From Nitrosopumilus sp. (GTDB taxonomy: Archaea; Thermoproteota; Nitrososphaeria; Nitrososphaerales; Nitrosopumilaceae): a stretch of DNA of 64,000 nucleotides. Below, piece after piece: positions 34,301-44,042 of this stretch (within the stretch, counting starts at the first letter, position 1; the number at the start of each line of letters is the position of its first letter). The position numbers and the translations under genes were made by a program. The stretch covers positions 832,001 through 896,000 of the forward strand of contig CBDBLX010000002.1 of assembly GCA_965207445.1 (NCBI GenBank). Reading direction: 5' to 3'. Below the pieces are notes generated by a model. That model did not search any database, was not told the origin of the DNA, and worked only from the letters and a program-made list of their open reading frames with translations.

Positions 34301-37300
34301 GGGCATCGCCGCCAACCCGGTGCACATCATGGTGATGGATTCTGGCCGCGACGACGTCCAGATGTTTGACCTGTCCGGACGCTATGCAGGCGCGTTTACC
34401 CACACGGGCGCGGGGCAGCTGCACGATCCGACCGGCATCACGACAGTCGGGTTCCACACCTTTGTGGCGGACACTGGAGGCGGCGACGCGGTCAGGGTGT
34501 TTGACAATTACCCGTACGCGTTTGCAGGCGATATAGTCAAGGGCGACGGCGACGGGCAGTTCAAAAAGATCCGCTCGGTCGCGACCAACTCCGAGAACGT
34601 GTTCGTGCTCGACGCGGAGCGCAAGGACGTGCAGGTGCTCGACGGGAACGGCAATTATGTCTCAAAGATCGGCGGCCCCGGCACCGGCGACGGGAGTTTT
34701 ACGGTTCCGGTGTCCGTCGCGGCCAACTCTGAGTTCGTGTTCGTGGCAGACTCCAACAGGGACGACGTCCAGATATTTGACACCGACGGTACTTTTGTAG
34801 GCAAGTTCGGCGGCAGACACGGGACGGATCCCGGCAAGTTCCAATCCCCTGCGTATATCGCGGCCAACTCCACACACGTCTTCGTAACGGATGTCCGCAG
34901 GGACGACGTCCAGATATTTTACGCCAACGGGACCTTTATCTCAAAGTTCGGCGATAAGGGCGTCGGCCACGGGCAGCTCCAATACCCGTCTGCCGTCGCG
35001 GCCAACTCCACACACATACTGGTGGCCGACCGCGACAGGGACGTCGTGCTGGTGTTTGACTCTTCGGGAAGGTTTGTCTCGGAGTTTGGCAAGCAGGGCA
35101 GGGGCGACGGCGCGTTTGAGGATGTGCGCGGCATGGCGCCCGGCTCCCCGCACATGTTCATGGTGGATTCCGAAAACCACAGGGTGTCTGTGTTTGCACC
35201 CTCGGGAATCTTCGGCACGCAGTATGGGGGCGAAGGCACGGGGCTTGATCCGTTCGGCGACCCGTACGACATCGTGATCCATGACAAGTACGTGCTCGTG
35301 GCCGACCGCGATCTCCCGTACGTGGCCAAGATCGACCTCTCGGAGTTCGCATTTGACACGACGCCACCGACGCTCGTCATATCAGATATAACAGTAGGCG
35401 CCACAGATATCGAGACCACAGTCAACCTCGGATTCCCATCGATCTCAGATGAGTATGGCGGTCCATATGTAGTGACGCACAATGTCACGGGGGCACACGA
35501 GGTCGCCACTGCCGCAGTCAACGCGTCGTTTAGGGTGGGCACCCACGTGATACAGTGGAGCGCCACGGATTCATCGGGAAACAGAGGCACCGCTGAGCAG
35601 CGTGTGACGGTCTCAGATACGACACCACCGTATGATTTGCGACTAAAAGGCGACGACCCAGTTTCCATACATATCGGGACCCCGTACACTGACGCGGGCA
35701 TATATTGCTTTGACACGTTTGATCTCTCTCCAATGACTACGGACAACAGCAGCTTGATAGACGCGTCCGTGGCCGGAACGTACCGGATTGCGTACTCGTG
35801 TCAGGACGCCTCCGGCAACGAAGCCGAACAGCAAGTATTCAGGACCGTTATAGTACTTGGGACGCCGGCCGCGCCCGCGGGACTGACCACCTCCCCTGGC
35901 AACGCGCAGGTTGTGCTGTCGTGGACCGAACCCGATGACGGCGGCTCTCCGGTCACCGGCTATATGGTAGAGTACAGCTCCGATGGCGGCACGTCGTGGA
36001 GCGCGTTTGGAGATGGTACCGGCACGGCCACCTCTGTTACGGTCACGGGACTGACAAACGGCCAGCAGTACGAGTTCCGCGTGAGCGCTACCAACGCGGT
36101 GGGGATGGGCCCCGCCTCCGGCACGGTCTCTGCCACGCCTGATGCCCCAGATACAGTGACGCGTCCGGGCCCGCCGACCGGGCTGGCCGCCACCCCTGAC
36201 AACGCGCAGGTTGTGCTGTCGTGGTCTGCCGGAAACGATGGCGGCTCTCCGGTCACCGGTTATGTGGTAGAGTACAGCTCCGACGGTGGCACGTCGTGGA
36301 GCACGTTTGGAGATGGTACCGGCACGGCTACCTCTGTTACGGTCACGGGACTGACAAACGGCCAGCAGTACGAGTTCCGCGTGAGCGCCACGAATGCAGA
36401 GGGCACGGGCCCAGCGTCCGGCACGGAGTCTGCCACCCCGCGCGGCCCGCCAGGCGCGCCCACCGGACTGACCGTCACCCCCGGCAACGCGCAGGTCGTG
36501 CTGTCGTGGACCGAACCAGATGACGGCGGCTCCCCGATCACGGACTACGTCATAGCCACAAGAACTACTGGCTCGTGGATCATATATACAGATGGCACCG
36601 GCACGGGCACCAACGCCACCGTCACAAACCTGGAAAACGGTGTTAACCGCAGTTTTTACGTTTATGCTATAAACGAGGCCGGCCGTGGACCCATCTCCAC
36701 AATAGTGTATGCCACGCCGCGCACAGTCCCGGCCGCGCCCGCGGGACTGGCCGCCTCCCCGGGCGACGCGCAGGTTGTGCTGTCGTGGACCGAACCTGGT
36801 AGCGATGGCGGCTCCCCGGTCACTGGATACACCGTGGAGCAGCGGTCAGGCAGCGCCGCCGCGTGGGAACTGTCTGCCGTCAGCCCCGTCACCGTCACCA
36901 ACGCCACCGTCACGGGCCTGACAAACGGCCAGCAGTACGAGTTCCGTGTAAACGCCACCAACGCGGCCGGCACGGGACCCGCCTCTGATGCCGTACCTGC
37001 CACGCCGCGCACAGTCCCGGCCGCGCCCGCGGGACTGGCCGCCTCCCCGGGCGACGCGCAGGTTGTGCTGTCGTGGACCGAACCTGGCAGCGATGGCGGC
37101 TCCCCGGTCACTGGATATACCGTGGAGCAGCGGTCAGGCAGCGCCGCCGCGTGGGAACTGTCTGCCGTCAGCCCCGTCACCGTCACCAACGCCACTGTCA
37201 CGGGCCTGACAAACGGCCAGCAGTACGAGTTCCGTGTAAACGCCACCAACGCGGCCGGCACGGGACCCGCCTCTGATGCCGTACCTGCCACACCGCGCAC

Positions 37301-40300
37301 AGTCCCGGCCGCGCCCGCGGGACTGGCCGCCTCCCCGGGCGACGCGCAGGTTGTGCTGTCGTGGACCGAACCTGATGACGGCGGCTCCCCGGTCACCGGC
37401 TATATGGTAGAGTACAGCTCCGACGGCGGCACGTCGTGGAGCCCGTTTGGAAACGGCACCGTCACGGCTACCTCTGTTACGGTCACAGGCCTGACAAACG
37501 GCCAGCAGTACGAGTTCCGCGTGAATGCCACCAACGCGGCCGGCACGGGCCCCGCCTCCGGCACGGCCTCTGCCACGCCGCGCCCCGCTCCGGACAAAGT
37601 GACGCCTCCGGGCCCGCCGACCGGGCTGGCCGCCACCCCTGACAACGCGCAGGTCATGCTGTCGTGGTCTGCCGGAAACACGGGCGGCTCCCCGATCACC
37701 GACTATACCATCGAGTATAGCTCGGATTCCGGCATCACGTGGAAAGTGTTTCCGACCTCTGGAATTCTTCTGTTTGTCACCGTCACAAGCCTGGAAAACG
37801 GTGTGGACTACCAGTTCCGCGTGAATGCCACCAACGCGGCCGGCACGGGCCCCGCGTCAAACACTGCGTCTGCCACGCCGCGCACAGTCCCGGCCGCGCC
37901 CACCGGGCTGACCGCCTCCCCGGGCGACGCGCAGGTCGTGTTGTCGTGGACCGAACCCGATGACGGCGGCTCCCCGGTCACTGGATACACTGTGGAGCAG
38001 CGGTCAGGCAGCGCCGCGTGGGCCACGTCTGCAGTCAGCCCCGTCACCGTCACCGACGCCACCGTCACGGGCCTAACAAACGGCCAGCAGTACGAGTTTC
38101 GCGTCAATGCTACCAACGCGGCCGGCACGGGCCCCGCGTCAAACACCGCGTCAGCCACGCCCTCTGCCCCTGCCACGCCTGACACCGCGCCGCCCGTCAT
38201 AAGTCTCAACAACCCGTCACTCGTACGCGTCGAGGCGGGTGGCACGTATGTGGAGCCCGGCGCCGTGTGCAGTGACGACCGCGACCCCGACAAGGCCGCC
38301 ACAGTCGGGGGCGCGACAGTTGACCCAGACACGATCGGAACCTATGAAGTTACATACAACTGCTCCGACGCCGCAAACAACCCTGCAGCACAGGTGACGC
38401 GCACCGTCCAGGTGAGCGACACCACAATACCCGTAATTACACTGAACGGCAACTCTGCAGTCTCGGTCCCACGGGGCACCTCCTACGCGGACGCGGGCGC
38501 CTCATGCGATGACACGTTTGACTCCTCGCCGGCGCTGACAGACAACAGCAACGCGATCGATACATCCGCGACAGGGACGTACCAGGTAACGTACTCGTGC
38601 CAGGACGCCTCCGGCAACCAGGCCGCGCAGGTGTCCAGGACAGTCTCCGTGTTCACGACGCCGGGCGCGCCCACCGGGCTGACCGCCTCCCATGGCAACG
38701 CGCAGGTCGTGCTGTCGTGGTCTGCCCCTGGCAGCGATGGCGGCTCCCCGGTCACTGGATACACTGTGGAGCAGCGGTCAGGCAGCGCCGCGTGGGCCAC
38801 GTCTGCAGTCAGCCCCGTCACCGTCACCGACGCCACCGTCACGGGCCTAACAAACGGCCAGCAGTACGAGTTTCGCGTCAATGCTACCAACGCGGCCGGC
38901 ACGGGCCCCGCGTCAAACACCGCGTCAGCCACGCCCTCTGCCCCTGCCACGCCTGACACCGCGCCGCCCGTCATAAGTCTCAACAACCCGTCACTCGTAC
39001 GCGTCGAGGCGGGTGGCACGTATGTGGAGCCCGGCGCCGTGTGCAGTGACGACCGCGACCCCGACAAGGCCGCCACAGTCGGGGGCGCGACAGTTGACCC
39101 AGACACGATCGGAACCTATGAAGTTACATACAACTGCTCCGACGCCGCAAACAACCCTGCAGCACAGGTGACGCGCACCGTCCAGGTGAGCGACACCACA
39201 ATACCCGTAATTACACTGAACGGCAACTCTGCAGTCTCGGTCCCACGGGGCACCTCCTACGCGGACGCGGGCGCCTCATGCGATGACACGTTTGACTCCT
39301 CGCCGGCGCTGACAGACAACAGCAACGCGATCGATACATCCGCGACAGGGACGTACCAGGTAACGTACTCGTGCCAGGACGCCTCCGGCAACCAGGCCGC
39401 GCAGGTGTCCAGGACAGTCTCCGTGTTCACGACGCCGGGCGCGCCCACCGGGCTGACCGCCTCCCATGGCAACGCGCAGGTCGTGCTGTCGTGGTCTGCC
39501 CCTGGCAGCGATGGCGGCTCCCCGGTCACTGGATACACTGTGGAGCAGCGGTCAGGCAGCGCCGCGTGGGCCACGTCTGCAGTCAGCCCCGTCACCGTCA
39601 CCGACGCCACCGTCACGGGCCTAACAAACGGCCAGCAGTACGAGTTTCGCGTCAATGCTACCAACGCGGCCGGCACGGGCCCCGCGTCAAACACCGCGTC
39701 AGCCACGCCCTCTGCCCCTGCCACGCCTGACACCGCGCCGCCCGTCATAAGTCTCAACAACCCGTCACTCGTACGCGTCGAGGCGGGTGGCACGTATGTG
39801 GAGCCCGGCGCCGTGTGCAGTGACGACCGCGACCCCGACAAGGCCGCCACAGTCGGGGGCGCGACAGTTGACCCAGACACGATCGGAACCTATGAAGTTA
39901 CATACAACTGCTCCGACGCCGCAAACAACCCTGCAGCACAGGTGACGCGCACCGTCCAGGTGAGCGACACCACAATACCCGTAATTACACTGAACGGCAA
40001 CTCTGCAGTCTCGGTCCCACGGGGCACCTCCTACGCGGACGCGGGCGCCTCATGCGATGACACGTTTGACTCCTCGCCGGCGCTGACAGACAACAGCAAC
40101 GCGATCGATACATCCGCGACAGGGACGTACCAGGTAACGTACTCGTGCCAGGACGCCTCCGGCAACCAGGCCGCGCAGGTGTCCAGGACAGTCTCCGTGT
40201 TCACGACGCCGGGCGCGCCCACCGGGCTGACCGCCTCCCATGGCAACGCGCAGGTCGTGCTGTCGTGGTCTGCCCCTGGCAGCGATGGCGGCTCCCCGGT

Positions 40301-42563
40301 CACTGGATACACTGTGGAGCAGCGGTCAGGCAGCGCCGCGTGGGCCACGTCTGCAGTCAGCCCCGTCACCGTCACCGACGCCACCGTCACGGGCCTAACA
40401 AACGGCCAGCAGTACGAGTTTCGCGTCAATGCTACCAACGCGGCCGGCACGGGCCCCGCGTCAAACACCGCGTCAGCCACGCCCTCTGCCCCCGTCGTGA
40501 TAACTCACCCTGGTCCACCGACCGGGCTGTCTGCTGTCTCGGTTGACGGAGGGGCCGCGCTGTCGTGGACCGCACCCGCCGACGACGGGGGCTCTGCAAT
40601 CACGGATTATATCATACATTTCAGGGTGGTTGGTGGCACCTCGTGGATCGTATACGTAGACGGTTCTGGTACGGCCACCACCGTCACCGTCACGGGCTTG
40701 GTAAATGGACTGATGTACGACTTTCGCGTGAGCGCCACGAACGTGGCCGGCACAGGACACGTCTCCAATACGTCATCCGCCACGCCCGTCTCCCCATACC
40801 CGGTCCCCCCAGTCCCCGACGACCTGAACAGGGCGGCCGTCTCGTTCACCTCGCCCTCGGGCGGCGACCCTCTAAGGGGAACCATAACACTCGAGCGCCC
40901 CGCCAACAAGACGATGAAGTTCGCGGCCGAGATACGCGAGTGCGTGGTGGACCTGGGCAACGTCGGCAATATCCCTCTCCGGTCGGCTGACATGTGCGGC
41001 GGCGACGCGCATGCCAGCCTGGACCCCAACGACGCGGGGCGCGACTTTTCGCGCAACGTAATCTGGACGGACTCCAACAAGAACACCGTGTCACACTATG
41101 TCATCCCGACGTACAGGACTATAACCCTAGAGAAGGGCCAACAGACCGCCGACGTCACGTGGCAGACGCACAACGACGGCACGTCGAACGAGCAGTCGTT
41201 CACTGTGGCGGTCCAGCCCCTCACCGGGGGCCCCGTGTACGGACACCACTGGGTGAATCCGGACAGGCCGCCAGCCGGGACGTTCATGTCCCAGTACCAC
41301 TGGAAGGCGCAGATAAACGCCGAGCCGGAGCTGATAATGGTGGCAGGCAGCCCCACTAACGTCACGGAGGGCACAGAACTGCGCGTAGTGGTGCGCGCCA
41401 CCCCGACGGCGGACCCGGCTCTTACGTTCAACTACCACATATCCGACCCACGCAGCGACACAAACCCCAACGGCTTTGTCAACAACAACGCTGAGGGCGA
41501 CAGGACTCATACAGTCCGCGGCGAAAGCAATGTACGCGTCCAGACCCATAACGACAATCAGGACGAGCGCGACGGCACCATCACGGTATCACTGCGCGAC
41601 GGGCCCGGCTACTCCGTGGGCACGCCGCACACCGTCATATTCACTGTGCGGGACAACGACCCAGGCCCACTTGACGGCACCGGCAATAACCCTCAGCCCC
41701 CGACTACAGTCTCAATTGGGCTGGCAGGCGGCGGCTCGGAGGGCGACCCCGTCTCATTTGGCATCGGCGCGTCCCCGGCCCCTCAGTCGCCTTTACCGGT
41801 CAACGTCACCCTTTCGGGCGCCGGGAACGTACTCAACGCCTCCGACGCGGGCTGGCGCATAGTGGAGATCCCGCCGATCGGCTCGTATACGCTGGATGTC
41901 CAGACCATAGACGACGGCGTCATAGACGTCAACAATGTTACGCTCACGATAAACCCAGGCGCCGGCTACACGCCGGGCCAATTTGCAAGCTGGACCGTGG
42001 ACGTCCAGGACGCCGGGACCGGCCAGGATATGGTGCAGCCACCCGTGTACAACAAACTCACACAGGCGCAGAATCTGACGGCAGTCGACATAGACCCGGC
42101 CCTGATTGCAAACGTGACCGCGATGGCGTCCCAGGTGCAACACGGCGCAGATCACGTCGACCGCTGGAACCGCGTGCTGGCCGCGTTCGGCGAGACTGCC
42201 CACGACAACCCGATGACCGCAGCAGAGGCCCGCGACAACGCTGAGAAATACAGCAGCACGCTGTGGCCACTGATAGCCGATGTGCTGATGTTGCTCGCTG
42301 TGGCGGCGGAGCAGGAATCACTCCATGACCAGCAGAAGCCTGCAGTCGACCCGGAGCTCGTCGCCAACGTGACTGCGATGGCGTCCCAGGTGCAGCACGG
42401 CGCAGATCACGTCGACCGCTGGAACCGCGTGCTGGCCGCGTTAGGCGAGATTACCCACGACAACCCTATGACCGCAGCAGAGGCGCAAACCAATGCAGAA
42501 AAGTACAGCAGCCCACTATGGCCGCATATTGCAAAAGTACTGACACATCTTGAATCAAGGTAG
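31362..42563 (+). CDS. Giant (~3730 aa) secreted adhesin-like protein: NHL propeller blocks, cadherin/Ig-like, HYR/DUF5011-like, 12 FN3, Calx-beta-like, duplicated C-terminal helical domain
   Basis: Signal peptide from ATG 31362; many NHL-like blades (FQNPTGIAVN, VFVTDT); FN3 motifs (P..PTGL...VVLSW...DGGSP.TGY...GL.NG..YEFRV.A.N..G.GP.S); DTT.PVITLNG repeats; GC far above the host background. Confidence 0.9.
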   Translation: MRAVTLLVAASAVAVASTLFVPYGGEAYASSFAYNFDYSFRGPLDVASNSTHTFVLDGTGNNAKKVIIFDERGSFVSEFDVSAQARVLTVTHDKVFVMTDYNALNFNFSLFERLEVYDHSGKQLFVYPKIGQKMDETPRGYFNDVLGMDSNGTHVFVTDTHRDYVTVLDATTNNEDKIRSSAGILSHSSLRDPHAVAANTNHVFVTDTAGDMVHIFDVGTGSHVSSFGSTGTDPGQFQNPTGIAVNREHIMVMDSERKDVQLFDLSGKYAGAFNHAGAGQLHDPTGITTVGFHTFVADTGGGDAVRAFVNYPYAFTGDTVKGDGDGQFQRIQSIATNSENIFVLDVERKDVQVFDGNGTYVSTIGGPGTGDGQLQSPVSVAANSEFVFVLDSHQKKEIHKFRTDGEYVESFGQKGRGDKDFRSPSYIAANSTHVFVTDGLKDKVMIFDTDGEYVESFGVKGTGNGQLSNPSAVATNSAHILVADRSRDVVLVYDSSGIFVDEFDGPGDDVYFGSVRGMASGPMHTFTVDAPNHRVSVFDLSGEYVSERQVTGTGLDPFGDPYDIVIHDKYVLVADRDLPYVVKIDRLMLLDTTPPSFTSAAVLTFAEGGTNEHKFTADEDGVTFAILTHNVTGTPLPSIEQDTLSWTPSDSHGGDTYNVTVRATDPSDNHGIQHLMITVLDTNTPPVLGEIMVPAAPISAELVIELSATDVDIPEDTLTFAHNHTSGEIRSTGDLTAVFAWTPTPADADVHVIRFSVSDGEYTDFEDVKVRVSDSTAFFAYNLNDTFSDPRDVDSNSTHVFVMDRSNQRIKIYDAQGQPASSFITGAGMISFAVTSDKVFVAFPVSGIENQFGVKYQQIRIYNHSGTKLSEFEGGFVQKGHSPPDGAFQQIRRMSANDAHLFVTDTYQIDVQVFNHNGGFVGTLAHNSLGSPNAVTATSAHVFVTDALADRVHIFDAGTRSHVSSFGSTGTGPGQFDNPAGIAANPVHIMVMDSGRDDVQMFDLSGRYAGAFTHTGAGQLHDPTGITTVGFHTFVADTGGGDAVRVFDNYPYAFAGDIVKGDGDGQFKKIRSVATNSENVFVLDAERKDVQVLDGNGNYVSKIGGPGTGDGSFTVPVSVAANSEFVFVADSNRDDVQIFDTDGTFVGKFGGRHGTDPGKFQSPAYIAANSTHVFVTDVRRDDVQIFYANGTFISKFGDKGVGHGQLQYPSAVAANSTHILVADRDRDVVLVFDSSGRFVSEFGKQGRGDGAFEDVRGMAPGSPHMFMVDSENHRVSVFAPSGIFGTQYGGEGTGLDPFGDPYDIVIHDKYVLVADRDLPYVAKIDLSEFAFDTTPPTLVISDITVGATDIETTVNLGFPSISDEYGGPYVVTHNVTGAHEVATAAVNASFRVGTHVIQWSATDSSGNRGTAEQRVTVSDTTPPYDLRLKGDDPVSIHIGTPYTDAGIYCFDTFDLSPMTTDNSSLIDASVAGTYRIAYSCQDASGNEAEQQVFRTVIVLGTPAAPAGLTTSPGNAQVVLSWTEPDDGGSPVTGYMVEYSSDGGTSWSAFGDGTGTATSVTVTGLTNGQQYEFRVSATNAVGMGPASGTVSATPDAPDTVTRPGPPTGLAATPDNAQVVLSWSAGNDGGSPVTGYVVEYSSDGGTSWSTFGDGTGTATSVTVTGLTNGQQYEFRVSATNAEGTGPASGTESATPRGPPGAPTGLTVTPGNAQVVLSWTEPDDGGSPITDYVIATRTTGSWIIYTDGTGTGTNATVTNLENGVNRSFYVYAINEAGRGPISTIVYATPRTVPAAPAGLAASPGDAQVVLSWTEPGSDGGSPVTGYTVEQRSGSAAAWELSAVSPVTVTNATVTGLTNGQQYEFRVNATNAAGTGPASDAVPATPRTVPAAPAGLAASPGDAQVVLSWTEPGSDGGSPVTGYTVEQRSGSAAAWELSAVSPVTVTNATVTGLTNGQQYEFRVNATNAAGTGPASDAVPATPRTVPAAPAGLAASPGDAQVVLSWTEPDDGGSPVTGYMVEYSSDGGTSWSPFGNGTVTATSVTVTGLTNGQQYEFRVNATNAAGTGPASGTASATPRPAPDKVTPPGPPTGLAATPDNAQVMLSWSAGNTGGSPITDYTIEYSSDSGITWKVFPTSGILLFVTVTSLENGVDYQFRVNATNAAGTGPASNTASATPRTVPAAPTGLTASPGDAQVVLSWTEPDDGGSPVTGYTVEQRSGSAAWATSAVSPVTVTDATVTGLTNGQQYEFRVNATNAAGTGPASNTASATPSAPATPDTAPPVISLNNPSLVRVEAGGTYVEPGAVCSDDRDPDKAATVGGATVDPDTIGTYEVTYNCSDAANNPAAQVTRTVQVSDTTIPVITLNGNSAVSVPRGTSYADAGASCDDTFDSSPALTDNSNAIDTSATGTYQVTYSCQDASGNQAAQVSRTVSVFTTPGAPTGLTASHGNAQVVLSWSAPGSDGGSPVTGYTVEQRSGSAAWATSAVSPVTVTDATVTGLTNGQQYEFRVNATNAAGTGPASNTASATPSAPATPDTAPPVISLNNPSLVRVEAGGTYVEPGAVCSDDRDPDKAATVGGATVDPDTIGTYEVTYNCSDAANNPAAQVTRTVQVSDTTIPVITLNGNSAVSVPRGTSYADAGASCDDTFDSSPALTDNSNAIDTSATGTYQVTYSCQDASGNQAAQVSRTVSVFTTPGAPTGLTASHGNAQVVLSWSAPGSDGGSPVTGYTVEQRSGSAAWATSAVSPVTVTDATVTGLTNGQQYEFRVNATNAAGTGPASNTASATPSAPATPDTAPPVISLNNPSLVRVEAGGTYVEPGAVCSDDRDPDKAATVGGATVDPDTIGTYEVTYNCSDAANNPAAQVTRTVQVSDTTIPVITLNGNSAVSVPRGTSYADAGASCDDTFDSSPALTDNSNAIDTSATGTYQVTYSCQDASGNQAAQVSRTVSVFTTPGAPTGLTASHGNAQVVLSWSAPGSDGGSPVTGYTVEQRSGSAAWATSAVSPVTVTDATVTGLTNGQQYEFRVNATNAAGTGPASNTASATPSAPVVITHPGPPTGLSAVSVDGGAALSWTAPADDGGSAITDYIIHFRVVGGTSWIVYVDGSGTATTVTVTGLVNGLMYDFRVSATNVAGTGHVSNTSSATPVSPYPVPPVPDDLNRAAVSFTSPSGGDPLRGTITLERPANKTMKFAAEIRECVVDLGNVGNIPLRSADMCGGDAHASLDPNDAGRDFSRNVIWTDSNKNTVSHYVIPTYRTITLEKGQQTADVTWQTHNDGTSNEQSFTVAVQPLTGGPVYGHHWVNPDRPPAGTFMSQYHWKAQINAEPELIMVAGSPTNVTEGTELRVVVRATPTADPALTFNYHISDPRSDTNPNGFVNNNAEGDRTHTVRGESNVRVQTHNDNQDERDGTITVSLRDGPGYSVGTPHTVIFTVRDNDPGPLDGTGNNPQPPTTVSIGLAGGGSEGDPVSFGIGASPAPQSPLPVNVTLSGAGNVLNASDAGWRIVEIPPIGSYTLDVQTIDDGVIDVNNVTLTINPGAGYTPGQFASWTVDVQDAGTGQDMVQPPVYNKLTQAQNLTAVDIDPALIANVTAMASQVQHGADHVDRWNRVLAAFGETAHDNPMTAAEARDNAEKYSSTLWPLIADVLMLLAVAAEQESLHDQQKPAVDPELVANVTAMASQVQHGADHVDRWNRVLAALGEITHDNPMTAAEAQTNAEKYSSPLWPHIAKVLTHLESR
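36710..37380 (+). repeat. 288-bp near-identical FN3 tandem repeat (about 2.3 copies)
   Basis: GCCACGCCGCGCACAGTCCCGGCCGCG recurs with 288-bp period. Confidence 0.85.
37965..40492 (+). repeat. 774-bp apparently perfect tandem repeat, about 3.3 copies (FN3 + 2x DUF5011-like)
   Basis: Identical ORF-track peptides at 38483/39257/40031 and 38597/39371/40145 give a 774-bp period. Confidence 0.95.
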
Positions 42564-42888
42564 GTGTTAACCTCGTGCCTAGATTTTTACAATTCGCGTG
42601 ATTTTTTTTGCCCCATCTGATCCAAATGCTACAAGTTGGCATATTCGGTATTAAACGAACCGTCAAAACTAACTAGTGTCACAACATTGCCTAGAAATTC
42701 GTGAGGCGCTGGACGCCTGCCTGCCTGTTGGCGTAGGCGGCTCTATTGCAAGAAAAGTCGATCCGTCTAGGTTCGGGAGGCCGATCGCCGACTATTTTAG
42801 GCTGCACCGATCACGAAGACCTGTGCCAAAGGGGGTCTCAGAAGACGTCAGACAACACATAATCAGAAACCGCGGGAAGGACGTACCT

Positions 42889-43004
42889 GCATAATAGTTT
42901 CATTAAAGATCTGATAGTTTTCTAATATTTTGTATTCATAATATGTGCTCAACTTCGAGATGAATATCAATCAAAATATCTGATCTTTAATCATATCGGT
43001 ATGC
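42889..43004 (+). mobile_element. MITE family C
   Basis: Near-identical to 27252-27367. Confidence 0.85.
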
Positions 43005-43293
43005 ATATTTCGTGCTGGAGCAAAAGCAGTACATGTAGAACATGATACACGAAGCAACGCCAGAGGAATTTGATCTTATGCTAGAGGTGTTTCAAAACAC
43101 GATGTGCACCGGCAAGATGGGTCAGTTCGACAACCACAACCACAACCACAACGCAATGATGCAAGCCGTGTGTTATTGCATGCGACGACATAGAACGACA
43201 CCTGTCAGACAACTGGTGGTTCGTAACTGCCCTGCCTGACGGTAAGATAATAGTCAAGGCAGACGGAAACACGGTCAGAGCATAACGTGAGAG

Positions 43294-43368
43294 CGGACCC
43301 GACCGGATTCGAACCGGCGACCTAACGCTCCGCAAGCGTTCGCACTATCCATGCTATGCAACGAGTCC
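43294..43368 (-). tRNA. tRNA-Arg(GCG)
   Basis: GGACTCG acceptor stem, anticodon arm AACGC-TTGCGGA-GCGTT, T-arm GCCGGTTCGAATCCGGT. Confidence 0.95.
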
Positions 43369-43598
43369 GATCTTTTTGCCATAAACGCGCTTAATTTGGT
43401 TTACTAATTATACCCGATATTTGTTCTCTTCTGATGTTGGCACGATTTATCCATATTCAAACTAGTATAATCTGTGCTTGTATTTTGTGACAAAATATAC
43501 AACCTTGACTATATCATTACAACTGTAACAACAACAACAACAACTGCCACCACCACCACCCACACAATTAATCTACTATAATTACCCGTAGCGCTTTA

Positions 43599-44030
43599 TT
43601 ACTTGGTGTTTTGTCGTACAATCTCTGCAATATATGCCTCGTACTCTGACATCTCTTGTTTAAAAGAACCATATGCCCACTCTTCTTGTGTTTCATGACA
43701 TTTGAGATCTGACATATTCTTCTCTATGTCCAATGCATGTATCTTTAATTCTTCTAATTTTTTTGTATTTTCTAGTTTGTTGTCGTTATTGTTGCTACCA
43801 CTGTCATTGTAGTTGTTTTTATTGGCATTTGTTTGTGATACTATTGCAGTCTGAACTAATATATCTGCGCTCTGCCTTGTCAATGTTCTACATTTTTCTA
43901 TTGTATCCTGATCTAGTGATTGTGTATCGTTGCTATCATTTGACACAAACAACAAAAACGCATATAGTGAAACTGTAAACACTATTACTATAATAATTCC
44001 TGATATTATTTTTTTATCAAAACTGTCCAA
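43599..44030 (-). CDS. Hypothetical membrane-anchored protein
   Basis: N-terminal TM helix, helical body, Asn-rich insert. Confidence 0.75.
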   Translation of the reverse strand: MDSFDKKIISGIIIVIVFTVSLYAFLLFVSNDSNDTQSLDQDTIEKCRTLTRQSADILVQTAIVSQTNANKNNYNDSGSNNNDNKLENTKKLEELKIHALDIEKNMSDLKCHETQEEWAYGSFKQEMSEYEAYIAEIVRQNTK

Positions 44031-44042
44031 TTCTAGATCTTC

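Noticed and set aside
31855..42367. Many antisense and alternate-frame ORFs within the adhesin gene
   Set aside because: Shadow ORFs caused by high GC3 and repeats.
42080..42560. Duplicated adhesin C-terminus as a DGR template/variable repeat pair
   Set aside because: Both copies are coding, differences are not adenine-specific, and there is no reverse transcriptase in the window.
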